The translations under genes were made by a program, and so were the position numbers. This document shows positions 1 through 12,608 of a stretch of DNA of 64,000 nucleotides, piece by piece. This stretch comes from Octopus bimaculoides (taxonomy: Eukaryota). Location of the stretch: assembly GCF_001194135.2 (NCBI RefSeq), contig NC_069006.1, forward strand, positions 15,662,987 through 15,726,986, written 5' to 3'. The notes below the pieces were generated by a model, which was not told the origin of the DNA, ran no database searches, and saw nothing but the letters and a program-made list of their open reading frames with translations. How positions within the stretch are numbered: position 1 is the first letter of the stretch; the number at the start of each line of letters is the position of its first letter.

Positions 1-184
1 TTTCGCTCATGTCTGCCTTGGTGCACTGTGCTGGATCCTCCAGTGCACGGGGTCACTGCCGCAACAAACGTTGGTGTGGTAGTCTTCCGGTGCTCATCCT
101 GCGGACGGGACCAAACCACTGTATGTAACCTTGGTCGCCAATGGTCAACTCTCGCTGGCAGTGTTCTCGGATGTCGTTAGGAGA
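1..184 (-). mobile_element. RTE-clade LINE ORF C-terminal fragment (decayed; runs off window edge)
   Basis: Minus-strand translation PNDIREHCQRELTIGDQGYIQWFGPVRRMSTGRLPHQRLL, then HWRIQHSAPRQT* in another frame. Resembles the RTE post-RT motif NxxIRxxxxxxxTIxxxxxxxRLxWFGHVxRMxxxRLP...PRxTW. Confidence 0.45.
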
Positions 185-600
185 GCAAAAATATGTGTAA
201 CACAAACGGTGGAGATTAAATTGAAGAAAGCGATGATAATGATGACGACAGTGGAGAAGATGAGGAGGAGGAGGATGAAGTTGATGATGGTTACGTTTAT
301 ATGTCGACGATGCAAAAGAAAACACCGTTTGCGATGAGGATGATGGTGTTGACGACGATGATGAGGATCAGGAGTGTGATAATGAAAACAAACATACAAA
401 TAATAACATCAACAGTAGGGCGAAGAAGAAACACAAGAACAACAACAAACAAACAATAATAACAGCAATAACAAGAATCGGAGATTGGTTAGATTTATGA
501 GGAACGTTGTAATTATTTCCGACTTTTAAAAGCAATAGCTCATAAATAATCCACGGCAGCCATGTTCAAAATTAATGATTTCCTCATATATATATATATA

Positions 601-647
<47 letters not shown>

Positions 648-1073
648 GTTCATTTTCCCTTTCAGTCGTATAGACACAGGATTTAATCCCTTGTCACTTC
701 AATATAGTACACTTCCATAACAACCATCTATCTATGAAACCATGCTTGTCTCTTTCCCTCTCTAGATATACATATACATTTATAGGTGTTAGTTATAGTA
801 TGTGTATATGCATTAGTTTACTGGTTTTAATCATTGAGATATGGCCATGTTGGGGCACCACTTAGTCGGTAGCCATTTCATACATCTCTGCTACATGGTT
901 CATTTCATAAGATATATTACTATCGTCTCCATCTATCGAGCCGGTTCAATCAATGGCTTTTATTTTGCTATTCTGGGGGATAAGAAATGATGGAAAGCAA
1001 ATTAAACCAGAAAATATACTATTCGAAACAGCCTTTAATTGAACAGGAATAAGATAAGTAGTTGATAATTCTT

Positions 1074-1113
<40 letters not shown>

Positions 1114-2037
1114 NNNNNNNNNNNNNNNNNNNNNNNNNNNNNNNNNNNNNNNNNNNNNNNNNNNNNNNNNNNNNNNNNNNNNNNNNNNNNNNNNNNNNNN
1201 NNNNNNNNNNNNNNNNNNNNNNNNNNNNNNNNNNNNNNNNNNNNNNNNNNNNNNNNNNNNNNNNNNNNNNNNNNNNNNNNNNNNNNNNNNNNNNNNNNNN
1301 NNNNNNNNNNNNNNNNNNNNNNNNNNNNNNNNNNNNNNNNNNNNNNNNNNNNNNNNNNNNNNNNNNNNNNNNNNNNNNNNNNNNNNNNNNNNNNNNNNNN
1401 NNNNNNNNNNNNNNNNNNNNNNNNNNNNNNNNNNNNNNNNNNNNNNNNNNNNNNNNNNNNNNNNNNNNNNNNNNNNNNNNNNNNNNNNNNNNNNNNNNNN
1501 NNNNNNNNNNNNNNNNNNNNNNNNNNNNNNNNNNNNNNNNNNNNNNNNNNNNNNNNNNNNNNNNNNNNNNNNNNNNNNNNNNNNNNNNNNNNNNNNNNNN
1601 NNNNNNNNNNNNNNNNNNNNNNNNNNNNNNNNNNNNNNNNNNNNNNNNNNNNNNNNNNNNNNNNNNNNNNNNNNNNNNNNNNNNNNNNNNNNNNNNNNNN
1701 NNNNNNNNNNNNNNNNNNNNNNNNNNNNNNNNNNNNNNNNNNNNNNNNNNNNNNNNNNNNNNNNNNNNNNNNNNNNNNNNNNNNNNNNNNNNNNNNNNNN
1801 NNNNNNNNNNNNNNNNNNNNNNNNNNNNNNNNNNNNNNNNNNNNNNNNNNNNNNNNNNNNNNNNNNNNNNNNNNNNNNNNNNNNNNNNNNNNNNNNNNNN
1901 NNNNNNNNNNNNNNNNNNNNNNNNNNNNNNNNNNNNNNNNNNNNNNNNNNNNNNNNNNNNNNNNNNNNNNNNNNNNNNNNNNNNNNNNNNNNNNNNNNNN
2001 NNNNNNNNNNNNNNNNNNNNNNNNNNNNNNNNNNNNN

Positions 2038-2081
<44 letters not shown>

Positions 2082-2521
2082 GGTAGATAGATAGATATAA
2101 TTATTATTCATAGGCAGAAGTTTCATGCATTGACGCTTATCTCAAATTAAATATATATTCTGCATTAACACACATGTACGCACACCATTCTCCTTACGCC
2201 CGTTTCCAAACGAAGGTGCACCCTTATACTGGCTTCCACACACCGACCCTTCCTCCCCTTTTACAAGTCTCTTTGCTTCTAATCTATAGCCTTTTATTCT
2301 TTCACTGCCCATTTATGTTTCTTTCAAGCAGCCTAGAACTAAGTATTGCAATTAACACGTGAAAGCATGTTGTGAGTAGACACACAATAAGATCACTTCA
2401 AATATTTTTCGAACATATTTGAATGGCAAAAAAAGAAAAAAAAACGTTTTCACTGCGGTTTGTTGTTGAGAAAAATTCTCGCTTTGAGCAATAAGTATTA
2501 AAAACACAAACAGTCATTTCA

Positions 2522-2537
2522 TAGCGCCATCTAGCGG
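2522..2537 (-). promoter_or_regulatory. Candidate CTCF binding site
   Basis: Plus TAGCGCCATCTAGCGG = minus CCGCTAGATGGCGCTA, a full match to the CTCF core consensus CCRSYAGRKGGCGCTA, in non-microsatellite sequence. Confidence 0.4.
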
Positions 2538-2958
2538 AACGTTTAACGCATTTGTAGCTATTTTGCTAACACCAGCATTGTGAACCGCAAGAGAGACAAT
2601 CCTGAAATGACTGCGAAAGCCTTCGATTTCTCATGGGAAATCAATGTCAAAATATGAACTGATTACATGGGATGCCGGCCAGGCTGGAACTAAATATTGT
2701 AGTAGGCACATAAAAGCAGTATTTTGAGCAAACAAACATTTAGGTCAGCCAAATATGTTCGAGATCAGTTCACCGCAGTTTGCCCTGGAGAAAAATTTTC
2801 GCTTTAGGCAGTTGAGTTCATACCACCTTTTCCTTTTGTTTTTGGTTATTACTAACGCTGTCGAGAATGACATTATTTCATTGTTTTATTTATTTATTTA
2901 TTTCCAATTTCCAAATGATTGCCACCATTTGGAAAATAGAAAAGAAACATCGATGTGT

Positions 2959-2996
<38 letters not shown>

Positions 2997-3593
2997 TGGT
3001 ACGTGTACATTTGGTAACTTAAAAGCATAGGTTACACGCATACGAATACATACATGCGTGTGCGTTTGACGGTTTGTGTGTGTGTATATATATNNNNNNN
3101 NNNNNNNNNNNNNNNNNNNNNNNNNNNNNNNNNNNNNNNNNNNNNNNNNNNNNNNNNNNNNNNNNNNNNNNNNNNNNNNNNNNNNNNNNNNNNNNNNNNN
3201 NNNNNNNNNNTATATATATATATATATGTGAGACTTAAAGTACAGTTTTTAAACCTATCGCTATGGATCATTAAGCAAGAGGAATGCATTTTTGTTGTTC
3301 TCTTCGTGCGCAGAAAAATAAACAAGATGGCGTTAACATGTTTCACGGTTCGTTGACCAAACCCTCATCATCAGCGGACAAATACACCGTGATTTTTCAG
3401 TCTATGAAGTTAACTTATGACAAATCGCTATTTATATCAAACAGAAACTAAGAGCTTACTTTAATGACTGGGCTAATTTCCATACCGTGCATGCGTGTAT
3501 GTGTGTGCGTATGCATGTGTGCGTGTACAGCGCCACTAGCTATCTCTTATAAGCGTTCTGTGCGACTCCATGACAATTTCAGTAATTCGCTAC

Positions 3594-3802
3594 TAGGCAC
3601 GACTGTGTGGTTAAAAAGCTCACTTTACAACCACGTGTCTTCGGTTTCAGTGCCAATGCGTGACACATTGGGCAAGTACCTTCTATAATTGCCATAGTCT
3701 AACCAATGCCTTGTGAATGGTCTTGATAGAAGGAAACTTTGTAGGTCTTGTTTGTGTGTGTGTGTTCCTTCGACGGCTTAGGAACCAGTGTTGGTCTGTT
3801 TC
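3594..3802 (+). mobile_element. SINE family A (tRNA-derived, CORE-like), degenerate 5' part
   Basis: Head GGCACGACTGTGTGGTTAAAAAGC, CORE-like GACACATTGGGCAAGTACCTTCT and GCCTTGTGAATGG...GGAAAC; homologous to the better copy at 47369-47720. Confidence 0.65.
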
Positions 3803-3965
3803 ATTACACAAGCACAGATAGACAGACAGACAGATACTGAATGCTGTATATCCCTACCTCGTGTTAAATATGAACTATCTGTTAATCCTTATTATTTCGT
3901 TTTGTACATCGTATTAACGTGCACGTGATCTCAAACAAATGTGTGTATATATATGTGTGTGTGTT

Positions 3966-3996
<31 letters not shown>

Positions 3997-4045
3997 GTAT
4001 GTATGCATGTATGTATTTATGCATGCACACATGTCGGTCTCCTGC
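3793..4045 (+). repeat. ~255-bp dispersed duplicate, copy 1 (copy 2 at 7537-7793)
   Basis: Same order in both copies: GGTCTGTTT.ATTACACAAGC, (CAGA)n, a ~115-bp unique core with 7 mismatches by manual count, (TG)n/(TATG)n, GCATGCACACATGT.GGTCTCCTGC. Confidence 0.9.
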
Positions 4046-4331
4046 AGAGCTTTGGTGTAGCAAAATTCCACTCACAATTCGTTGGTGAAACAAAGGCTGT
4101 AGCAGGAGACACTTGCCCAACATGCCACCATAATAGGATCGATCCAAAATCCTCGTGGTTACCAAACTAATTTCTAATGACATAGCTATGCCTATACATA
4201 AACATACACACACAAACATACTATACACAGGCATAAGTATATATACATATATGAGTATGTATATATGCGCGTATGCTTTAACACACATATATAGGCATAT
4301 ATACATCCATAATATACACATACATATTATA

Positions 4332-4366
<35 letters not shown>

Positions 4367-5866
4367 AAGAAAGAAAGAGATAGAGAGAGCTAGACAGAAG
4401 TACGATAGCTAGAAATTAAAGGTCAGGGCGTTCTTCACTGCCGTATACATTTATTTATTACACTGACATCCATTACAATATTTCCTTTTAACAGAACACA
4501 CTTTCGACATTTTCGCTTGTGTTATTTTCTTTTATTTACTGGTAAATTTGCTTTTTTTTTTTGTATATCATTCTCACATTTATATTTACGCTTATTTACA
4601 TATTTATTCTTACAGTTATTCATTTATTTGGTTATTTATTACCGTATCATAACTAAAGCTATTCTCTCTTTTTTGAGATTCTGCATTCTCTTGGGCGCCT
4701 CTACATTGTGGTGGGGTTTTTTTTTATGCGTTCTTTTATTACGTTCTGTGTATATATATATTTTCTTTTTTTATGAATTTGTTTGGAGTATGTAGTGATT
4801 ATTTAGCTGATTCGATCCATTCTCTTCTTCTGACCTCGGAAATGTCAGATGTATCGATATTTACGGCGGGAACAAGCCTCCTCACCCTGGATGAATAGGT
4901 GTCTGTGTGGGTGGGTTTCCGGTGATTGTTGGTGCTTTAATGATAAGTAAGATGTATCTGATGTCTACACACAACAAACACATACACATAAGCACAAAAT
5001 GACAGAGCCACAAACACATAGATACACCTGCATTAGTACACTCACACACACATATACACGCATTTTTACAAATGACACTCGCGCACTATCACATGAAACA
5101 CCTACGTTGATACACACGAAAGCATACACAACAACTGTAGCGTTATTTACTAATTTTCTTCTTGTCTTTGTTTTTTGTTGTTCTCGCTGCTGCTGCTGTT
5201 GTTGTTGGTATGTTATTTATATTATTATGATATACTTTGAAGGGATAAATACACTCTGTAGAGGCAATACTTTCAAAGGAATGGTGCGGAGGGGACATGG
5301 AGAGACTTTTCACAGAGTATGATATATTTTATTGATGAGCATGAAGGATGACACACACCGGTACGCCGCACCCACACCCACCAGCTACTCTTTACATCCA
5401 CATACACACCCCACTGGCATTCTCTTACATATACACCCACCGCTTCTCACTTTTTGCTCGTATACACATACACTCACCGCTTGTCACTTTTTGCTCGTAT
5501 ACACATACACAGCACGCGAAACACACTCACTGGAATTTTCAAACATCTATTCTACACTTGGGCACTCCCTATTGTGTTTAACATCTCTCAAACCCGCCTT
5601 TTGACCCCCTCTTCCGCCTGTCACTTCTGCTTGTCCGCTACTCAATTCTATCTCACCCTACCCCCGTCACACAGTACTTCTGTTGGTCGTCCACCCTTAT
5701 TGTATAATCAGCTCTCAAAAACACTGTTCTGTCCACCGTTTTCAAAACCACTTGTCTTACTTCTAGGGTTTCATGGAGTTCAGGTCAGATTATACCAGTT
5801 TGGCACCATCCTCCAGACACGATCAAATTTTCCAGACTTCGAACACAGTTGCATATGTATATATGA

Positions 5867-6009
5867 GTGGAGGCGCGTGGCTTAGTGGTTAGGGTGTCAG
5901 CATCATGATCGTAAGATTGTGGTTTCGATTCCAGGACCGGGCGATGCGTTATGTTCTTGAACAAAACACTTCATTTCACGTTGCTCCAGTCCACTCAGCG
6001 GACAAAAAG
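5867..6009 (+). mobile_element. SINE family E, 5' part (tRNA head)
   Basis: GTGGAGGCGCGTGGCTTAGTGGTTAGG (A box), GGTTTCGATTCC (B box), then GGGCGATGCGTTATGTTCTTGAACAAAACACTTCATTTCAC, shared with 55484-55660. Confidence 0.75.
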
Positions 6010-6036
6010 ATTTATGGGAGGAAGATATCCCCAAGG

Positions 6037-6128
6037 AGAAGACACTTGCCCAAGGTGCCATGCAGTGGGACTGAACCCGGAACCATGTGGTTAGGATGCA
6101 AGCTTCTTACCACACAGCCATGCCTGCG
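6037..6128 (-). mobile_element. SINE family A, 5' fragment
   Basis: Plus AGAAGACACTTGCCCAAGGTGCCATGCAGTGGGACTGAACCCGGAACCATGTGG...CTTACCACACAGCCATGCCTGCG is the reverse complement of the family A head plus CORE-like segment. Confidence 0.85.
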
Positions 6129-6288
6129 TACATTCTTTTTTTTTTTTCGAAAGGATGAAAGATAATGTTGGCTTCAGTGATATTTGAACTTGAGCATAGA
6201 GATTGTGAGAGCCTCGAAGCATTTTATCCGAGGCTCTAACGATTCTATCAATTCGACGCCCATAAACTACGTCTAATGTTCGTAATGA

Positions 6289-6412
6289 AACAAACATTGC
6301 TATATCCAGTGTCAGAGCCAACAAACATTAGGATATCCAGTGTCCGAGCCAACAAACTTCACAATATCCAGTATCCAGTTAAACAAATATTATGATATCT
6401 AGTATCTCAGCT
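6289..6412. repeat. 31-bp minisatellite, 4 progressively diverged units
   Basis: Units start at 6289, 6320, 6351 and 6382; consensus AACAAACATTAGGATATCCAGTGTCCGAGCC. Confidence 0.85.
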
Positions 6413-6781
6413 GACACTCTTCTGTTTGTTATAATCATTTAATTTAAAACATCGATGCAATTAAGTCTATCGTCACAAATTCATTAACATCTCTTTCCGA
6501 CCGTCTATCTGTATTTCTCACCCTCCTCTCTCACACACATACGCACACACTCTTGCTCACACACTATTTCTCTATCTACATCTATTCACAGTCAAAGCAG
6601 GTTACTGCGAATGTTTTGGACAGAGCCGTTTAGAAATCAATAGCCGGCCGATAACATTAAGCAGAGAATATAATACTCTCAATGCGTTTCAACCCTACAA
6701 AGTCTGATAACAGTTTGGTAGCATTATCCGTGATTATAATATGCGACTTCCACTGTATAGGTTTCCGTATGAGTGTGTGTG

Positions 6782-6820
<39 letters not shown>

Positions 6821-7076
6821 TCGTTTTGTGTCACTTGTATAGATGCACTTCTCTCTTTTCTCCAGCCACCAATAGGTTCCTTTATCTCACAGTATTACTT
6901 CGTATGTCTACCATGTATGCATCTCTCATTATCTTTCCTAATCTTTGCATCCCACATGCCATCACGTTTTGTCTATTTCTAATTCGATTCCTGATTCAGC
7001 ACTCCCTCCCCCTCTCTCTCTCTCTAATATGCATACATAATTACATACTCACACACATATGTATACACATACTTTC

Positions 7077-7559
7077 GAAAGTAATGCAAACGTGGGCATT
7101 TTTATTTTAACAGTTGCCATCGGTCGTAAAAATTTTAAAATTGAACATGTTGGAAGAGTAACTCTTGGTCTTCAGCTCGATAGTAACTCTCCTTCCAATT
7201 CTTTACTGCAGCCAAATAAGGAGCTGCAAGCAGAAGTAAAGTACCGTCGTTGAGTCCTTGAAGAAAGAGTTGAAGGATATCTATTATCTACACACGATGT
7301 TAGTTTACAGGAGGATATCGACAATGTGCACAGAAGAGGAGACCAGCATTGAAAACAAACAAATACATTGGGACCACTGATGCAAATCGCTAGCGACAGG
7401 AAGAACCGATACCCACAGGATAGATGAACCACAATCCATAAGTTTACTGCAAGACTGGACCGTGATTCCAATGCAGTACAGAAGATGGTGGAAGGTTTTA
7501 AATATAGAAAAATGTGTGCAAATTGGCTGCACCGGTGGTCTGTTTTATTACACAAGCGC

Positions 7560-7594
<35 letters not shown>

Positions 7595-7705
7595 TACTGG
7601 ATGCTGCATATCCCCAACTCGTATTAAATATGAACTATCTGTTAATCCTTATTACTTCATTTTGTACATCGTATTAACGTGCACGTGATCTCAAACAAAT
7701 GTGTG

Positions 7706-7754
<49 letters not shown>

Positions 7755-8472
7755 ATGTATGCATGCAAGCATGCACACATGTGGGTCTCCTGCTTTGATC
7801 TGATGGAAGCAGTTGAAAGTAATGACACTATGCTGGGCTGGTAGCTGGGGATGAAACAGAAAAGGGTCTTCGTGAACTGGGAACGAAGGATCAGTTCATA
7901 GAATGGCATCACACCTACTAAGCCGAAGAAATTCAAAAGCCAATGATTGGAAAACCTAGTTATGGTGATTGTTTGGGATTGGGGGGGGGGTGAATGACAA
8001 AGAGGTCATTGTCCTCGATTATGTGGAACTTGGCAGTTACCATGGGAATTGGGCGATACATTGAAACACTGAAGAAAAGAGAAAAAACTGTTGACAGAAA
8101 GAGACTGAAAAAGAATTTGATAATGTGTGACGGCACATATGTTGGGCAACAAATCAGGTAATTGGTCAATTAAACAAATTAGTGTTCCCCTAACCAGCAT
8201 GCAGCCTGGATTCTGTGATCTCCGATTTCCACCTGTAACGGGCTAAATAAGAGCTGTCTTTAGGGACAACGACTTGAAGACCAGGACGAAGTGGAATTAG
8301 CCGTAAAGGAACTAGCAGTGCATGCCCAACTGGTTTCGAGGAGGTTTCGAGAAGTGGTTGCAATGCTTGGGAATGCACCATTCATATAAGCAGGGTTACC
8401 CTCTCGATAAGCACAATTGGATCGACCTACATCAGTTGATAAATACATTATGGTCAGTTTTGCATTACTTCC
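7077..8472 (+). mobile_element. Tc1/mariner (mariner-type) DNA transposon relic with transposase pseudogene
   Basis: Motif remnants in order across frameshifts: GFKYRKMCANWLHR (cf. GYRKVCARWVPR), VAGDET at 7841-7858 (first catalytic D), QFIEWHH, KKFKSQ, VMVIVWD, EVIVLDYVE, SDFHL at 8221-8235, PNWFRGGFEKWLQC. Partial TIRs GAAAGTAATGCAAA (7077-7090) and TTTGCATTACTTCC (8459-8472). Confidence 0.85.
7537..7793 (+). repeat. ~255-bp dispersed duplicate, copy 2, embedded in the mariner relic
   Basis: Matches 3793-4045; lies between the WVPR-like and GDET motifs of the mariner. Confidence 0.9.
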
Positions 8473-8973
8473 GGTGCACCGTGTGTTTGTGTGTGTGCGC
8501 GCTATAGACATACAGACAGACAGACAGACAGACATACATACAGACATACAGACAGATCTTTATACAGTTATTAAGATATGTAAGCGTAATAGTTTCTTGA
8601 ATTAGTAGCTATACTACTCCATTTTAAGTGTAACAACTCATCTAAAGTGCAGATACCCGAAGACATTTGGTTGGCCACAATAAATATGATTTATGTGAAA
8701 AACCTAAATCGACAATGGATTATGAGGTGATTGTTAAAATAGTGTAGATATATAGCTTTTTGATATTTCGACATTATGTTTCATCAATTTTCCACATCAG
8801 CAAATTTAACTGCCAAGACGACACAGTATGAACGCCAAGATATAGATATATTCACAAGAGCCATTCTTCATCATACACCATACCTAAAAAAAGATAATAC
8901 AGCTTTGGTTTCTTATTACCTCAGGAGTAACAGGAGAAATTGAACACTACATTGAACACTACATTCAACTTCA

Positions 8974-9124
8974 TACAACTGACCCCTTTCAGTTGTAGGC
9001 TTATAACCCCATGCTTGCCGGGAATGCAAACGTGGGGTTGCATACACGACCTATCACGGCTAGCTAAAATGCTCTTAGCCAGCCGTAATAGTCTGGCTTA
9101 AGACCATCTTACACCATACCACCA
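8974..9124 (+). other. Cluster of three strong hairpins followed by an (ACCAT)-like tail
   Basis: 9-bp perfect stem 8974-8997; 14-bp stem with one 1x1 loop 9004-9040; ~17-bp stem 9048-9093; then ACCATCTTACACCATACCACCATA. Confidence 0.5.
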
Positions 9125-9977
9125 TATCTGTATAAAATTAAGTAAATGGATTTATTGTAAACACAAGGCAATTGGTTACTTTTCCTAAAATAGCTGCGTG
9201 ATTAGATGTTTAACTGTAATTTTGTGTGTGTGTGTGTGTGTGTACGTACGCACACATACCTACATACATATATATGTTGGCAAAACTGCATCTGTATTTG
9301 TGTATGTATACAAAAATATACAGAAAATTAAGTATGTATATTTCAAGATATATTGAGGAGTTCACTACCAAGACTTATAGAAATTCATATTCATACATTG
9401 ATATGAGTATACTTTACACACTATAATAATAATATATATATATGTATATACATATATATATATCCACTAGTTTAAACTCAAACATACAATTGTACGTACA
9501 CTTTTTCATCACTCCTATACTGATACAAANNNNNNNNNNNNNNNNNNNNNNNNNNNNNNNNNNNNNNNNNNNNNNNNNNNNNNNNNNNNNNNNNNNNNNN
9601 NNNNNNNNNNNNNNNNNNNNNNNNNNNNNNNNNNNNNNNNNNNNNNNNNNNNNNNNNNNNNNNNNNNNNNNNNNNNNNNNNNNNNNNNNNNNNNNNNNNN
9701 NNNNNNNNNNNNNNNNNNNNNNNNNNNNNNNNNNNNNNNNNNNNNNNNNNNNNNNNNNNNNNNNNNNNNNNNNNNNNNNNNNNNNNNNNNNNNNNNNNNN
9801 NNNNNNNNNNNNNNNNNNNNNNNNNNNNNNNNNNNNNNNNNNNNNNNNNNNNNNNNNNNNNNNNNNNNNNNNNNNNNNNNNNNNNNNNNNNNNNNNNNNN
9901 NNNNNNNNNNNNNNNNNNNNNNNNNNNNNNNNNNNNNNNNNNNNNNNNNNNNNNNNNNNNNNNNNNNNNNNNNNNNN

Positions 9978-10056
<79 letters not shown>

Positions 10057-10622
10057 GAAAGAGAGAGAGAGAGAGAGATAAAGAGAGCAATGGAGCACAT
10101 ATGTATATACATTTATATATACACACATTATAGAGAGAGTACTACCCACACACATACACACACAAATATGGATATGTGTATATATGTATGCGTGCTTTTT
10201 TTTTGTATATGAATGTAAATATTTAGTATGTATAGTATTTATTGTATATGTAATATGAATATACACACGCAGACATACGTACATATTAACGTACATAAGC
10301 ACTGTGTATGCTAGTATGTGATTAAATATGTGCGTTTTTATTTCGAGTGTGTGTGTGTGTGTTTGTGTAAATAGCATCCAGCACCATTTACAAAAATGGC
10401 CGGTGCGCAATTCTTAACTGCTGTTTGGCCTTCTTGCTGACAGCTTTATTGAGTGGCCAGTAAACATAAATATACACCATAGATGATGGCAATTTGTCTA
10501 TAAATGTAAAGCTTGCCAATGTTTTGTTCTCCATAATCGATAATGTGTGTCTATTTGGCTTTCAATTTATTGGTCTCTACTGTCTAACACTGATAGCCTT
10601 ATATACATGAATTGTAAGTATA

Positions 10623-10653
<31 letters not shown>

Positions 10654-10981
10654 AAAGTGCATATATACATGGATGTATACGTACATATATGCGGATGTAG
10701 TTACGTAGATAAATGCATACTTATATGCAAATATACACACACACATGGAAGTTGCATGTACACGTATGCATACATGCGTATACTTACATATAGAGAGATA
10801 GATATTTCATTAAAATGGAGATAGATAGATAGATAGATACATACATACATTCATACATACATACACCGACCGATCAGAAAAAAGAAAATGAGTGAATGAA
10901 AGAAAAATTTACTGAGCTCGAGAAGTCGACGCGTATTTATCAACATACACATTTACATCCATACAATCATTGAAAGATATA

Positions 10982-11018
<37 letters not shown>

Positions 11019-11208
11019 GTTCGCACGTATACTTTCCACAATCTCATTCACTCAGATATATGTCCGTGTGTATTTGAGTGTGTGTATGTGTCCATACACA
11101 CATGTATACCATTTTTGAAATCTTGCATTCATATAGGGAAGCAGTATGGTAAAATAACCGAAGATATTCTGATGTGTCTATACATATATATATATAGAGA
11201 GAGAGGGG

Positions 11209-11242
<34 letters not shown>

Positions 11243-12376
11243 AAGAAAGAGAAAGAGAGATTCAACATTAGATAGAAATTTGATTGAGTGTCGAATAAAA
11301 CATAGGAAAACGCATCACCTATTTATTTATGTTATATGCACAGAACATGGTAATTCCGCTTATTCATATGTTAAACATACGATATCTTCAGTATCATATA
11401 CACAAAACACATGTACACAAATGAATTTGCTCTAGTCAGTAAAGTGTTTGCTTTAATAAATACTTAAGTGAAGCGGGGAGGTGGCAATTTTTTAACATAT
11501 AGTAAATCTGCTATACATTGAATAACCTAATTTAAGTAGTTGGTAGCTGTAAATCCTTCGATAAATGACGGTGAAATTCCATGTACTGCTCAATTGCTTA
11601 GATTCGTACGTTGTTAAGTCCACCACCTTTACACACATACAAACACAACACAGCAAAGCTCTGGAAACCTTTAAGCTTAATCTCAGTATGACGAAAAATT
11701 GAAAAAATGTTTATCTTACAACTTTAAAAGCATAGCACAAACTGAAGAGCTCTAAACATATCCATTACCCTTTAGACTAAACCAATACACAAGAAAAATA
11801 TTACACATACAAGAGACTACGTTTTAATAAAATCAATATATTTTAACAATATAATCAAAGCCTTCAAGGAAACTATATCTAGCAATTACGATTGTATTAA
11901 TTTCGTAGTAAAATAATTAGCTGTGACATAGAGAGATAAAGAAGAGACTATAACGTTACGTCAACCATGCTGTGTTTCTGAAGATCATACAGATAATTTT
12001 CTTGTTAACCTTCAAATTAAGCTCATAAATTCGGGAAAAGGTGAATTTGATAAACACAAATATTTAAAATTTCATCAGTTTCAACGCGAAGCTGACCCCC
12101 TTCTGTCCATTTGCGAAAGACAGGAAGAAAAAGTGTTGAATATCGTTGCTAGAGGAGATAACGAAAAGATGAGATTGAGCAAGATTAAAGCGCTTGCTCT
12201 CCATAATATGGAATACACTGTAGAATATGTCTAGTGATTGGGGGTATAACCCCAAATGAGGGACAGATTGAAGCGTTTAGTGGCCTTCGGGGTTCGCTCC
12301 GGGGTACTATATATGAAAGGATGAAAGTTTATTGCCAGAACCGGTGTTTCTATAAATTTGAAGCGCCCTGGATTGT

Positions 12377-12608
12377 TTTCGTACATGGTATGTATGAAAG
12401 AAAGGTGGTGAGGAGATTTACCAAATGTATAGAAAGCTGAAGCGATTAATCTTATCAATGTGTTGAAACAGAAATTTAGTCAACGACGGGCGTTGCTTTC
12501 GTACATAGCGTGAATGTATGTAAAGAGGTGGGGGAGATTTACTAAATGTATAGCAAGCTGAGGCGAGTAATCTTATTAATCTATTGAAACTGCACAACTT
12601 TAGTCAAC
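12377..12608. repeat. Diverged tandem duplication, period ~120 bp
   Basis: TTTCGTACAT...GGAGATTTAC.AAATGTATAG.AAGCTGA.GCGA.TAATCTTAT.AAT...TTGAAAC...TTTAGTCAAC occurs at 12377-12484 and 12497-12608. Confidence 0.8.

Noticed and set aside
11932-12234. 100-codon stop-free frame (RDKEETITLRQPCC...EYV*)
   Set aside because: No recognisable motif, no early ATG and no good splice sites; several frames of this length are expected by chance in ~57 kb across six frames.
12231-12255. Hairpin plus CTAG as a Helitron 3' end
   Set aside because: Spacing to CTAG is too short and the following base is not the expected T.
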